Part shown: piece by piece, positions 1-12,255 of the stretch | How positions within the stretch are numbered: position 1 is the first letter of the stretch | Layout of the letters: each line of letters starts with the position of its first letter | DNA from: Octopus vulgaris | Taxonomy: Eukaryota | Direction of reading: 5' to 3' | DNA: 64,000 bases | NCBI GenBank assembly: GCA_951406725.2 | Contig: OX597818.1 | Span: forward strand, 8,928,001-8,992,000 | Program-made: the position numbers and the translations under genes | The notes under the pieces: model-generated | What the model was told of the DNA's origin: nothing | Databases searched by the model: none | Seen by the model: only the letters and a program-made list of their open reading frames with translations

Positions 1-899
1 ACCATACTAAAACAAATTTATTCCTCTCTAATTGTCCATTCTTAGGGAAAACCCACCATTTAAATCACCTATCTGGTCTCTGTAATCTCGGTACGCAGAG
101 TGACACGTTCAGTTACAATTAATTGTGTTCCTTTCTACAAATCCAACGCAAGTGAATCGAACAGATCAGAAAATTTGAGGTCTGGGCAGCAGTCAACTTT
201 AAAATGTGAACAGCCTGTACTACCTTTATTTACTTGACTACAGGATACGATGTAAAGAGCGCCATGCACTTAAAGGATACGATGTAAAGGGTCCCATGCA
301 CTTCCGCATTAACAGATACAGAAAATCCAGGCAGCATCCAGTCACTCGCTCACTTTAAGGAGAGGGACACTCCATGGAAATCCTCAAGAAATTTGGCTGT
401 TCTGCAGCAGTTGGTTTATAAACACATACTAGTCTCAAGGCACGCCCTTCGCATCTATTGACATTCAGGGCAAAGAATTTACCTCTGTGTACAAAATGAT
501 ATTCCGCATTTGAAAATCTAGAGCCTTCTGATCAAAGGAGCAGCGCTGCCTTATATTCTCGGTCGACATGGAGATAAGGATACAGTAATCCTTCGCCATA
601 TTGCAGTTTATTATTTAAGCTTACGTCGAGTCCTCCGTGATAGTGTTTTGCATTTATAATAAAATATAATTTATAATAAAGAAATTATAAAAATAATAAA
701 GACAAATATACAGTACAATACTGTCTCTACTTTGTGGATCTTCACATATAGCGAGGGTTTTTGGAACGTAATCACCTCAATAGTCGAGGGATTACTATAT
801 AAGTATACTTCATATCCACCAAAATTGTATATACTGTATAAGTATATTTCGTATCCACTACAAATGGTCATGACCTTTTGTGGATTGGAAACTATGGTC

Positions 900-3800
900 T
901 AGCTCATGGCCACCACATTTATATATTTAGTGTTATAAAGTGTTTGAGTATGTTTCTCTCCTTCTAAGATGATCCTGGCTATGTACTTAAGGCTTTAAGT
1001 ATATCTTCAATGTGGTGTAAGAGCTGTGTTAGACAGTCCCTGCCACAGCGAAAGCCATGCTGATTTGCATTTAGGTGTTTGTGGATCTCCAGGAAGTCAG
1101 CTATCCTTGATCTTAACACTATTTCAAACACTTTAATGATGTGGGGGGTGAGTGAGATTGGGCGATAGTTGACTGCGAGGGATCTGTTTCCCTGTTTGAA
1201 AACCAGGATGACAGACTGGGATAGAAGCTGTTTCGGTATATAACCTGAATCTAACGAATTTCTCTAGAGGTTGGTCAGAGGGACTGTAAGTTTGTGTCTA
1301 CATTCCTTCAGGAGACAAGCGGGGAATCTATCAGGACCTACAGCAGAATAGTATTTGACCTCATTTATTGCTGCTATGATGTCAGAGGCAGTGAAGGTTA
1401 TGTCTGAGATTTTATGTTGGGAATCAACTTCGTTCGCTTCTCTTACGTCACTATCAGTGGTATCACTATAGACAGAGCAGTATTGTTTCTGCAGTATTTC
1501 TGCATATTTCTTTAGCATTGTGTTGGGGAATCCCGTTATCATCGATCAATGGCCCACTGGGTTAGACAGCTGTTCTATGATTATTTGCATAAGAATAGAA
1601 CACTTTTGGGTTCTGTTTGATGTTTTTGATTACTCACTGTTCCTCCAGATCTCTTTGATTTTCAATGGCGGTTTTCATGTTGTTGAACGTGGATGTTGTA
1701 TGTGGGAATATTTTAATTGGTTGATTTTTTTATTGAGTCTTTTGATGCGCCTGATGAGTGTTTCTTTTTTCTTTTTAGTGAGCAGGTTTCTGTTTGTGTT
1801 AGGGGATATCGTAGGAGCGTGTTTTGAGCATGTATAGGTGACAATGTTCTCAAAGTGTTGCCATGCGGTCTCAATTTTAGTGGAACTGAGAGTAAAAGAC
1901 CAGTCGATGAAAGACAGATCCTTTCTGATTGCTCCCCAGTCCGCTTTGTGGAAGTTTATGTTGTCAAATGAGTGCCATGGAGTGAGAATGGCTGGTTTGG
2001 TTTTATATATGCCGGGAATTAAAATTGCAGAGTACCATGTCGTGGTCTGAGAGGAGAGTTTTTTCAACAGAAATACTGTGAACGAAGCTAGAGTGGTTGG
2101 TTAATATTAAATCCAAGATTGTTTTATCCTGTTTTCTTGGTTCGAGCACTAGCTGAGTCAGGAAGAATTTATCCATTAGATTAAAGATTAATTCTGCTGC
2201 TGCTTTATCTGATGTAGAGCATTTGCCTAACTTCAGAGTATTTGTGGGCCAGTTTATATGAGGGAGGTTAAAATCACCCATCACTAGTCTGTGCGATCTG
2301 CACGGACGATGGTGAAATCTTTTATTTTCACATCGGCATCCATATGTGTGTTGTTTCAGTAAGGATAAAGAAAGAGAAGCAATGTGCCGTTTCGGCAAGC
2401 CAACTCTCTATATATGGGATCTTCCATTTTTGGGCAATGATTGATGCCACGTACATTTAACAGGAATGTCGAGGTAAGGGTAGTTTGATGTTTGCATTGT
2501 TCTAAGTTATGTTTTATGTTGTTCAGTGGTAGCAATGAGGGTAGTTTTTGTATGGAGCTGTTTGTGTATGATTTTCTAGTTGGTAGTGGGTGTGTTTTCC
2601 TTGTGATTTGCATAAATGGTTGCTGATAGCTCATTGGATCTCTTCGCTTAGGTCGGCCTTCATATTTTCTAGGTAAGTCAGTAAAAAAGAGTTGCCTCTT
2701 TGGTTTGCCACTTGGTCAGAGGATATATAGTTCATGTTTATGTTATTTGGTCTTATGGTTTTTTCATGGTTCTGTCTTCGTTGTTTGATTGTCGGAGATG
2801 AAATGTAGTTGTATTTTGTTTTTGTTGTTGTCGGTGGTCTCCTTTGTTACTGTTTATATTTATTTTGCGATCGTTTTGTGCCCTTTAGATGGTGGCGGTT
2901 GCTTTCTGGGTTCAACCACATCCTTAGTGACACAGAAGTTTGGCACAGTTTAGGATGGAAGAAGGTGCATCCATTGCCTTTTGTGCATCCATATTTGGGA
3001 TCAGGGCCATGGACTCTGTATTTAGGATAGGGTACTACTAGCGAACAGTGGTCCCGGTGCGCGCATACGCGCGCATCCGCAGTAGCTAGTCATAAGTAGT
3101 CGATCCTACAACTTTTTAACCCTCTCTCTAAACCTAACCCTAACCCTAACCTTAGTTTGTTTATAAAAATAATTTATTTATTTAGTTTTAAAAATTATTT
3201 ACTTTGCGTTTTATTTACTTTGTTCGAAAAATATCATTTAATTTTCTCTGATATGTATTCAGCCTTGAAATACAACCACGCGCAAGTCATTGTAGGATCG
3301 ACTACTTAAGACTAGCTAACGCGGATGCGCGTGCGCGTGCACCGGGACCACTGTTCGATAGTAGTACCTAGGATAGTATTTGGGGTGGAGGTGAGAGCAC
3401 TTTTTCCAGTTATACCATATGGACAGGTGCGCTTAACAAGTCTACGACATAAGGTAGGATGGAAAAAACCACAGCGTCGCTTGTTGTTGGTGCCGCTGGA
3501 TCCAAATCTACAGTTGCCTTGAGAATGATAACGACAAGGTTTTTGACGTGGGCATATTAGAGGTTTTTCTATTCTGGCAGGCTCGTTGGTCAGTGGTCCT
3601 ATTGTAGTAGCAGTAGCAGACTGTTGTTGTTGTTGTTGTTGCTGTAGCAGCAGTGAAACTTGACTTGCAACATTAGGGGTGGGTGGAATCAGGTCAGATA
3701 GTGGTGCCAAACAAGGTGCTTCCAATGTAGTAGCAGTAGCAGGCTGTTGTTGTTGTGATAGTGAGTCCTGGCTTGCCTAGGTAGTGTTGGGTAAAATTAG

Positions 3801-4570
3801 GTCAGATAGCGATATCAAAGAGGATGTTGTTTGTTGCTGGCTAGCGGGTTGTTTAAGTGACCCCTGACCTGTTGGAATTGGGTCATTTGATGCACTACAT
3901 CCATTGACTTCTAGTGTATGGCTTCTAGTGTTGCCATGTACGTGTGTAAAATATGAAATGATCATGTGATTTCTTTTATTTTGTTTTCGATCTGTTATAC
4001 AGATTGTTTTGCTAATTTTTCAGCGATTTTACCGTAGACATTAGCTTTTAGACAATCATTATGGTGAGTGTACCAAACGTTTATCAGTGCACTGATTTCG
4101 TTTTCTACCCAGTGGTGTTTTAGAATATTATTGGCCATATTCAGTGGGACAGTATTATACACTGTACGACAGTTATTGATGACTTGATGTATAATAGTGA
4201 ATGCACTGTTGAAAAGTTTGTGTTGATATATTCGGAAACGCGTGGCTATATCTGTGTGTGTGTGTGTGGGGGGGAGAGTTAAGTGTATTTAATATAAATC
4301 AGAATGAGCGGTGTGTTTAATACAAATCAAGAGAAAGGAATTGTACTCACGGGAATAGTTTTAGAACTAGTCTTGGGTTTAGTTTTGGTTTATATTTAGT
4401 TCTCCAGATTGTATATAAATTTGTGTAAATTTATCCTCCGATGATAGTAAAGTAGTAGAATAGTAGAATTCAAGAGTTCTGGGACTAAAACAAGGAAAGT
4501 TACTGTTGGCTTGAGTTGAAATATGCTTATTTGGCTACTGACTGGCCGGAGCTATGAAAAGAACATCGCG
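900..4570 (-). mobile_element. Degenerate APE-type LINE (CR1/L2-like) with CCCH zinc-finger ORF1 and fragmented ORF2 (AP endonuclease + RT start), internally deleted
   Basis: Minus-strand ORF fragments carry APE motifs GDFNLP, TILDLILTN and SDHD (2003..2398) and the RT N-terminus GPDRFPACLLKEC..L..PL (1264..1542), followed by NYRPISLT near 1150-1200. ORF 3312..3725 has CRYHSQGNCRFG...CGFFHP (CCCH). Boundaries approximate. Confidence 0.8.
3031..3368. mobile_element. 338-bp MITE with ~80-bp TIRs and 8-bp TSD (Merlin-like: GG termini), inserted in LINE ORF1
   Basis: TIRs 3031-3111 and 3290-3368 begin GGTACTACTA. TAGGATAG is duplicated at 3023-3030 and 3369-3376. Superfamily assignment is inferred from GG ends plus the 8-bp TSD. 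Confidence 0.9.
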
Positions 4571-4984
4571 TCACGACGAATGCTACGTTTAAATACATCA
4601 TAAGTTTTATAGGCGTAACATTAACTATTGTGATAGATGTAAGGCCAGGCACTCAGAGATGTACGAACTAGACTGGATTATAATACTTTTACAACATTTA
4701 GAGACTATATATCAAGAGTACATTTTGCAAAAGTGAAATGTTAGTTCATTCCATACTCATGTTTTTAAGGCAGTGAATATTCTTCAATATATCTATTGTT
4801 ATATGAGTCAAAATAAACATGAATCTATATAAGATAAATAAACATATACATATCTAAAGTTGTGAGTCAAGTTGTGTAGCTCGATATCGTATTAAATAAA
4901 CATTTAGTGGAACTTTCTAAACTATTTTGAATATTTCACAATGTTTATCAATCTGAAATGGTTTCTAGAATATTTAAGAGAATG

Positions 4985-4992
4985 TATATATG

Positions 4993-5042
<50 letters not shown>

Positions 5043-5256
5043 GATTAGGTACTACATATATGTTTGTATGTATGCATATATTTTTATTATCTCTATATAT
5101 ATATATATATATATACATGTATACATAACATTGCACAATATCATATATCATTGCATAATATAGATTACGCCCACTGGGATGTAACAATGTATACTTAGAT
5201 TAATATATGTGTATGTGTGTATACAAACTATGATTTATATACGTATATATCCACTT

Positions 5257-5341
<85 letters not shown>

Positions 5342-5385
5342 CATACATGTACAAGACTGTACATTAAACAAGTCTCTCTCTCTTC

Positions 5386-5456
<71 letters not shown>

Positions 5457-5555
5457 GTCATATGCATGGAAATATAGATATAAATGTGTCACTATATATG
5501 CAAGTATGTGTACTATGTCTACTAGCGCGCGTGACTCTGTGTGTGTGTGTGTGCA
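4985..5555. repeat. Compound (TA)n/(TC)n/(TG)n microsatellite field
   Basis: Long TA runs near 4995-5038 and 5261-5340, with TC and TG runs at 5373-5455. Confidence 0.95.
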
Positions 5556-6289
5556 ATCATCAAATTTATTCATCTGAAAACACATTTAGATATATATATG
5601 AAGAAAAGCGGTAAATCCTCAATCGTCTGGGGATTAAAATTTCTTATTCTACCTAAGATTTATTCACTCGGTCAACTCGATAAATTAAACATTACAAAAA
5701 AATGTTATTGCTGAATTTCCTCTTGAAAAAGAAATATTTTGATACTTGAAAGACATTCCGTTCAATTCAATCATTGTGAAAGCTTTAATCAGTCATTATA
5801 GTGAATGTGTGTGTACATGTGATCATACATATATTTGTAAGTACATTTGCATTAATATGTTTCTAACTTTAAAAGTGTATTACTTGTTTCCGTGTGCTTC
5901 TGTGTGTGTGTGTATGTGTGCGTTTGTTTGTGCCTGCGTGTCTGCGAATTTGTGTTGGAGGCCGAAGTTTTAACTGTTTATGTACTTACTAACATCAGCT
6001 CGTGCAAATTTCATCAACAACGATGCATTACCTGCAGCTATGCTACAACTATAAATGCTTTTAGACACGCATGCAGAACCACGCGCATGCACACACGTAT
6101 ATACACACAAATCACACACAAGCACACCACATACATACACAGATTTAAGCGAACAAATGTAATAACTTATATATTACAGTCCTTCAAAATTCTTTGGTAG
6201 CTACACGTATTTCTATATACCCGAATACATATATACATACAAGTATACGTACTTACATTTATGCACACAAATACACGTATAAATATTTT

Positions 6290-6840
6290 AAGCTCATTAC
6301 CACTTGTCCCCAATGGATCATCTGGTGATGAAAGGTCTTTCAACACGGTCACGTCATGAACCTGTATCCAGACCAGGCCGTCGTCTGCCGCGTCTTACTT
6401 CCACTCTCTCTCAATAATCCCTGAGAGGAACCTCATTTTATACACACACTGCATTCTGGTTTCCACAAGCTATTTCCTCTCAGATCCCTTTCTCGGCATG
6501 CATAGAGTTTGGCTTTAACATCTTTAACCATCTTAAATCTTTTCTATCTCTTAGGTTATTTTGTCCTCTCTTATACATTATTTCATCATTCGTAATATGG
6601 CTGCACGAAATAATTATGTGAATGTCAACAGACTTGTAGATGTTTGTTCTGGAATTATCCACTTCCCACAAACATAAGCCATCGTTGACAACAGCGACTA
6701 ACATATATGCTTTCCTTGATAGCGTAGATGTTCCATAAATGTTTCAAGCATATGAAGACAACGGTTATTTGCTCAATAGCTTCTCGACGTTAGTTCTCGT
6801 ATTGACACCATGGGAGATATTAATTTTCAGGTACATTTCT
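6290..6840 (-). mobile_element. Highly degenerate RTE-like LINE 3' fragment
   Basis: Minus-strand translation gives IISCSHITNDEI (cf. ISWxxHxTNEEV) and a downstream RRGRRRP-like segment, typical of RTE ORF C-termini. Confidence 0.4.
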
Positions 6841-7526
6841 TCCTTTCTTTCCCTGTTTCTCTGTTTATTTCTCTCCCCCACTCTCCATCTCTCTCTGGTG
6901 TAACTTTCTTTAACTACTCACGCACACACACACACACACACAAATATCAAGCGGTCAAGCATCAATAATTGAAAATACCACTCACGGTCGAAAATACGTA
7001 ATCTGGTAGTCTTGGCGCTGGAGATAGCGGGAATTTATCTCCTGCTGGCTATATAAACAACAGCACATTTTGCACCACAAAGCCAACATATGTAAAATGT
7101 TTTCAGAACGTCTCTCTGCAGTAAGTATTTCGTTGCAAAATAAATATTTATATGATGGTATAAGGAAACGAAACAGTATATTAGAATTTACAAGATTTCA
7201 AACAACTTTATACGAGGTGTTGAAAGTGTTGTCCTTCATTTTCAATACATAAGTCGACCATTCTACAAATGTTTTGAAATACAACTTGGATGAAAAAATA
7301 TACACTGTGGAGAGACTTTTCGAAAACCTGTTTTCCATTTGTTTCTCTTGTCGTTTGCGTATTGAACACATTTGTTTTGGTAGTTCACGTTGTATACTGT
7401 TGGTGACGTCCTCTACCCATATATGCTAGAGAATTTCTATTTTGGATGTTTTTAGGGTGCTCAGTTGTGCTCGTGATTTAGTGTTTGCTTCTTCCATGGG
7501 TATGAGTAAATATCTCATTTATTTCT

Positions 7527-7595
7527 TTGCCACATTTATCACTGACGAAGGGAGGGTTCTTACGAACTAATCCTGAAATGGGTCCCATGTGGTAA
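7527..7595 (+). ncRNA. Degenerate type I hammerhead ribozyme motif (Penelope pLTR-like)
   Basis: CTGACGA at 7542-7548, stem II GGGA/TCCT with inner GGTTC/GAACT, GAAA 7575-7578, GTC 7582-7584. Distal stem I TTGCCACAT/ATGTGGTAA pairs, but proximal stem I and stem III are damaged. Confidence 0.5.
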
Positions 7596-7778
7596 TAATG
7601 GAATTTTTTAGAAATTTATGTCGACCTTTTTCGAGTAGCTATTGGCATATTTGGCATTAGAATTATTTTCGTTTGCCCTTATTTATAAGTTGTTAATAAA
7701 TTTAACTTTTAAAAGTATTTTTTAATATGTTGGCCATTGATAAAATTTTTTTTTCGAAAAAAAATTATCCTACATTAA

Positions 7779-7810
<32 letters not shown>

Positions 7811-7858
7811 GAATAAATAAATAAATAAATGGAGTTGAACGAAGATGTTAACAAAATT

Positions 7859-7951
7859 CCTTTACTCTCGACATATGTTTCGAAGACAACATGGTTTTAT
7901 TCCAAAGGAATAAACGGTGTAAGATGCAATCTTCTCATCAGGAAAGAAAGG
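7859..7951 (-). ncRNA. Type I hammerhead ribozyme with minimal palindromic stem III
   Basis: Minus strand reads CCUUUCUUUC-CUGAUGA-GAAGAU...GUCUUC-GAAAC-AUAU-GUC-GAGAGUAAAGG. The core is intact, the cleavage triplet is GUC, and stem I has 10 bp with one bulged U. Confidence 0.85.
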
Positions 7952-8324
7952 AAGCCCCTCTCAACAACAAGACAAAATAATAACTACGATGACTGCCTAC
8001 ATGGTAAACAAAACGTTAATAAGTGTTTAAAAATACCGTTAGTAGAATTGACGTCAAAGTTAGATAGTAGGAAGAGAGGGGTTACAGGAATAATAAGTAG
8101 GAAACAAATAGAGAGGGAGGGGTATGTTGATTAATAGATTGTTCAAAGGCTTAGGAAAGAATTTTTCTATTGAAATGGAGTGCACGTTAAACTAATTGTT
8201 CAAACTATAATGACTATCGAAATCATTTATATGAGTAAAAAGTATGTTTCTACCAGTGTTTACATTTGTATGATTTCTCTATAAGTGTGTTTACAAGGGG
8301 ATCCTTAGAGAAGATAATATGGAA

Positions 8325-8409
8325 TCCTGATGAGAAGATTGCATCGTACACCGTTTATTCCTTTGGAATAAAACCATGTTGTCTTCGAAACATATGTAGA
8401 GAGTAAAGG
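8325..8409 (+). ncRNA. Second hammerhead copy (GUA triplet, 5' strand of stem I truncated)
   Basis: CTGATGA at 8327-8333, the same stem II, then GAAACATATGTA. Only 2 bp of stem I can form. Confidence 0.6.
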
Positions 8410-8608
8410 AATTTTGTTAACCTCTTCGTTCAACTCCACTTATTTATTTATTCATATATAACATACACATTTCTGCACATGAACTCGGAGTGCCTACCTT
8501 TGGATAGGTCGCTTCAACCGTGTTTCTGACGTGAATTTTCTACCCTGGTATCGGTTCATCGAACTTTTCATGTTGAAGGTAAACATAGGATAATTCATTC
8601 ACCTATCG

Positions 8609-8644
<36 letters not shown>

Positions 8645-9090
8645 ACACTGGGTGCGTAAGACATTTGATGACATACCTTTTTGGTAATTGCTGCATGTTT
8701 TGCTAACACTGTGTCATCTTTGTTTCAGAAAACAATAATGGCAGACCCTCCGTTTTCTCAAGAAAGGAAGGGGCATGCAGTTATTGTAGTTATAAGGACT
8801 GAGCATAGTCATTTAGAAATATCTCGATTTTTAAAAGTTCCCAGATATTTCGTCTACAAAGTTTATAAGGAGCTAGAGACTGAAGAAGGAAACGTATCAC
8901 CAGTATCATAACATAAAACGCATTCTAAACGCTCTGAAATCATCAGAACACCTGAATTTATCCAGCAATTTATCCACCATTGATTACGATCCCAGAAAGT
9001 CCATGACGTCAATTACAAAAGATCACCATGTGTCAGAAATGTTGTCCACGAAGACATTAGATATAAGTCTTATATGACGAGGAAAGGTAA
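8645..9090 (+). mobile_element. Tc1/mariner-superfamily (maT/DD37D-like) transposon 5' fragment
   Basis: ORF 8681..8911 is HTH-like (HSHLEISRFLKVPRYFVYKVYKEL) and continues through a stop and frameshifts as IRTPEFIQQ..DPRKSMTSI..VHEDIRYKSY. Confidence 0.7.
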
Positions 9091-9119
9091 ATTTGTGTGC
9101 TTTCAATCTTAGAATAAAA

Positions 9120-9335
9120 ATGGCAGCGAGCTAATATAATCGTTTACACGCCGTACAAAATGCTTTGCGGTATTTCGTGCATTTTGCATTCTCAGTTCAA
9201 ATGCTATCAAGGTCGACTTCGCCTTTCATCCTTTTGGAGCCGATAAAAAAAATACCAGTGAAGTACTGTGATCAGTATAATCGACTTAACGCCTTCCTAT
9301 GAACTTTTTGGCCTTGTACCAAAATTTTAAACCAA
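9120..9335 (+). mobile_element. Degenerate tRNA-derived SINE with Meta-like central domain
   Basis: GGTCGACTTCGCCTTTCATCCTTTTGGAGCCGATAAAA..TACCAG; homologous to 16291-16524. Confidence 0.7.
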
Positions 9336-10559
9336 TACTTCAGACGGAAAAGAAAGAATGATTCGAAAATAAAATATGTCTTTAGATTCACGTGAATATA
9401 CGTCCCTTTCTCGAGTTATCATTACAAACTCCTAAAACTGGATTAATTGTATTCCATGTCAGCGGGGATTGTTAAGTATTGAATGATGAAGCAAAAAACA
9501 GACCACAATCACTTTGAACCATGTCTTTGTTTTTTTTTTTTTTTGTTGTTCTGAGTTACTCTTTGGGTATTAAATTCGAAATGTTTTGAAATGAAAATGA
9601 AATAAGTAATATAAATTTGTTTTATTAAAAGCTGTCAGCGCAATGTATTTTCTGTTCTGTAGATCGAGCAAGCTACATAAGTGACCACTTTATGCAAGTT
9701 TCGAGAATCCGGCTAGCTACTTTTAAATTCTTAAAAGAAAAACTGCTCTAAGAAAAGATAACTATTCGTTAGCCATCTATGAATACTAAATTTTAACTAG
9801 GAAGTTATAAAAATGTGTTATTGACTTTTTTGCTTCACATAAGCATGGGAATTCTATACACCATTTCAAGTAGAATACATTCGACTATTTGCCGACAGCC
9901 AATGGTAAATGATATTTATTTCTGCTTCCTTTGTTTCCAATATTTCTTTCGTTTTATCTTTATATTTGAAAAAGATTATTTAAATTGAGTTTTATAAGTA
10001 AAAATAAATGAACGTTGTTTAATGGCAACTCATAACATCACAGCGTCCAAATTATTACCCAACGTCATATAACACCATGTTTGAGGAGAACTATCAAACC
10101 AGTGTTGCACATAAATGCAAAAATACATGTACGCAGGTAATGTCCTAACACCTGGTGGATATTTACAAATGTAAGCTCATGCAACTCTAGTTGACTACAC
10201 TAGTTTACAACAAAAATGTTCTGGACATCACTTGCATCACATACATTCATATTTTGCACTGTTCACAATGAACGATAAACTGTCCCGACCGATGTGAACT
10301 AGGACAATTATATTCTAACCAATAGATATATCAGCAAAGATTAAAATTAGAGGCCAAGCACAAAAAAATATTAAATTAAGCGAAAGAAAAACTCATAAAC
10401 GGGAGGTGGGGGTGAATAGAAATATTATTGCTAAAAAAAAGACACTTCCAAAGAAAAACTTAAGAGGGGAGATGTTGTAGGAAATTAGTAATAATCGTAC
10501 ACCCACCCGCGTGATGAATGGAATAACCTAGTCATTATTAGTAAAGAGAAGTACGTGAA

Positions 10560-11957
10560 GTAACGGAGTACTTTGTAGGTGGTAGAGGGGCAAGTCAATG
10601 CCGTCCAATAACGTTGTGGGACGTTGGAGAGAGTCCGGTTAAGATGCTAGAAATCTGGTTTGGTCCGGATCTCCAAGTAGAGAGGAATTGGAGCATCTCC
10701 TTTTTCGCTTTTTGTGGAGAGGTGTACCACTTGTAAGGCGCTCTATCTGTTGCCAAAAGCCGTTAAAGGGTGAGCTAGGAATGCCGTGGCTGAAGATGCG
10801 CAAGTTTGCACTAAATCTTAGGCACCTTTGGCTCTACTAGGATAGAGAACAGGTGTGATCACCGCTCGTGAAATTTTTCTTACCACAACTTCGGGAGTTA
10901 GGTCTTTGAATCAAGCGGAAACCCAGACTGATTGATTGGCTGCTAGAATGCCGACAAGCGCTTACGCTACTCTCCCGAGCGGGCAATATCGGCAGCTGAC
11001 CTCTATAGCGGGTCGATAGAGTTCATGTCAGGGGGAGACTCTAAGCTTCGATAGAAATCAGTTAATCAACTTTCTAGAAAGAACTTTCGGGTAGGAGTCT
11101 CTGGATAATTACCAGAAATCCCTGACCTGGTTGGGTTATCGATCCGCCTTACCTATTCGAGAGAGGTCGTCAAGGCACGGTTGTGCCATCTCACTGACCT
11201 GTTTGGGTGCGAGCGGGACAGTGAAACTCTCCTGCACGCCTTCGTACAGTGTAAGGAAAATAGGGAATTGATAACCTATATCGAGCAGCTGTTATCAACG
11301 ACAGAAAGAGTACAGCTATCAGTTGAATCTATTTTTAAGATTGTGCCGCTCTCCTCCCTGAACAGGTAAAGAGGATTTGTTTCCTCTGCGTAGTGGCCAT
11401 ACTGAAAGAGACAGTGTGGATAACACGAGTGAAAGGGATCGCGACACGTTCATTCATCTCCTAACAAGGATTGGTTAGTTATTTTAACTACCACATCCAA
11501 ATAAAATCCGGCTTGAGAGGAGATACCTGTCGCATAGAACGTTTGATAAAAGATGGACGACAGTGGTAAGAATGTTGCGGATGAATGGAAATGGCTAAGT
11601 GCAGCCATCCGGCGATAAAAGGGAATGCGGCGGATAACGGCGGTGAGTCAAATAACCCGGTGATGTAAATAATAGGAATTTTTAATTATTTATTCTTTTA
11701 TTCTTATTCTTTTATTTGTTTCAGTTATTTGACTACTGCCATGCTGGAGCACCGCCTTTAGTCGAGCAAATCAACTCCAGGACTTATTCTTTGTAAGCCT
11801 AGTACTTATTTTATCGGTCTTTCTTGCCGAACCGCTAAGTGACGGGGACGTAAACACACCACCATCGGTTGTCAAGCGATGTTGGGGAGACAAACACAGA
11901 CACACAAACAAATACATATACCTATGTACACACACATACACACACACACACACACAC

Positions 11958-11990
<33 letters not shown>

Positions 11991-12255
11991 GACGGTCTTC
12001 CTTCAGTTTCCGTCTATCAAATCCACTCACAAGGCTTTGGTCGGCCCGAGGCTATAGTAGAAGACACTTTCCCAAAGTGTCACGCAGTGGGACTGAACCG
12101 GGAACCATGTGATAGGTAAGGAAACTACTTACCACACAGCCACTCCTGCGCCTCTGTAACTTTGAAAATTGTAATCATTTCATTGTAGTCACTCTGTGTA
12201 CGTACACTTGTCCGTCATTGTAACGTCGCTTCTGTGGGGACATTAAAAGAAATCG
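10560..12255 (+). mobile_element. Degenerate L1/Tx1-clade LINE 3' portion, interrupted by a SINE
   Basis: Translation LFRFLWRGVPLVRRSICCQKPLKGELGMPWL (~10700-10795) and zf-RVT-like CERDSETLLHAFVQC (ORF 11181..11369). A 3'UTR-like tail appears to resume after the SINE and ends AAAAGAAAT at ~12253. Confidence 0.7.
11695..12152 (-). mobile_element. tRNA-derived SINE, family A (internal TA/TG microsatellite)
   Basis: Head GGCGCAGGAGTGGCTGTGTGGTAAG with B-box-like GGTTCAGTCCC; tail GGCGGTGCTCCAGCATGGC...CTGAAACAA. Near-identical to copies at 52192 and 53335. Confidence 0.9.

Larger units (their letters stand above)
7805..8610. mobile_element. Penelope-like element remnant with inverted pseudo-LTR arms
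   Basis: ~140-bp near-perfect inverted repeat (7805-7943 vs 8325-8460), each arm containing a hammerhead core. Inverted pLTRs with hammerheads are typical of Penelope-like elements. Confidence 0.7.

Noticed and set aside
243-303. Two-copy ~31-bp tandem duplication (and a ~40-bp one near 793-870)
   Set aside because: Only two degenerate units each; consistent with ordinary slippage duplication.
525-610. CTGATCA-AAGGA...TCCTT possible hammerhead relic
   Set aside because: The core is mutated (CTGATCA, no GAAA), so it cannot be supported.
3128-3152. Telomere or chromosome-fusion relic
   Set aside because: Only about four units and enclosed by MITE TIRs, so it is part of the element.
4948-5614. 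ORFs rich in YI, HT, CV, poly-I, poly-N or poly-L, here and throughout the window
   Set aside because: They are translations of TA, CA and AAT microsatellites, not genes.
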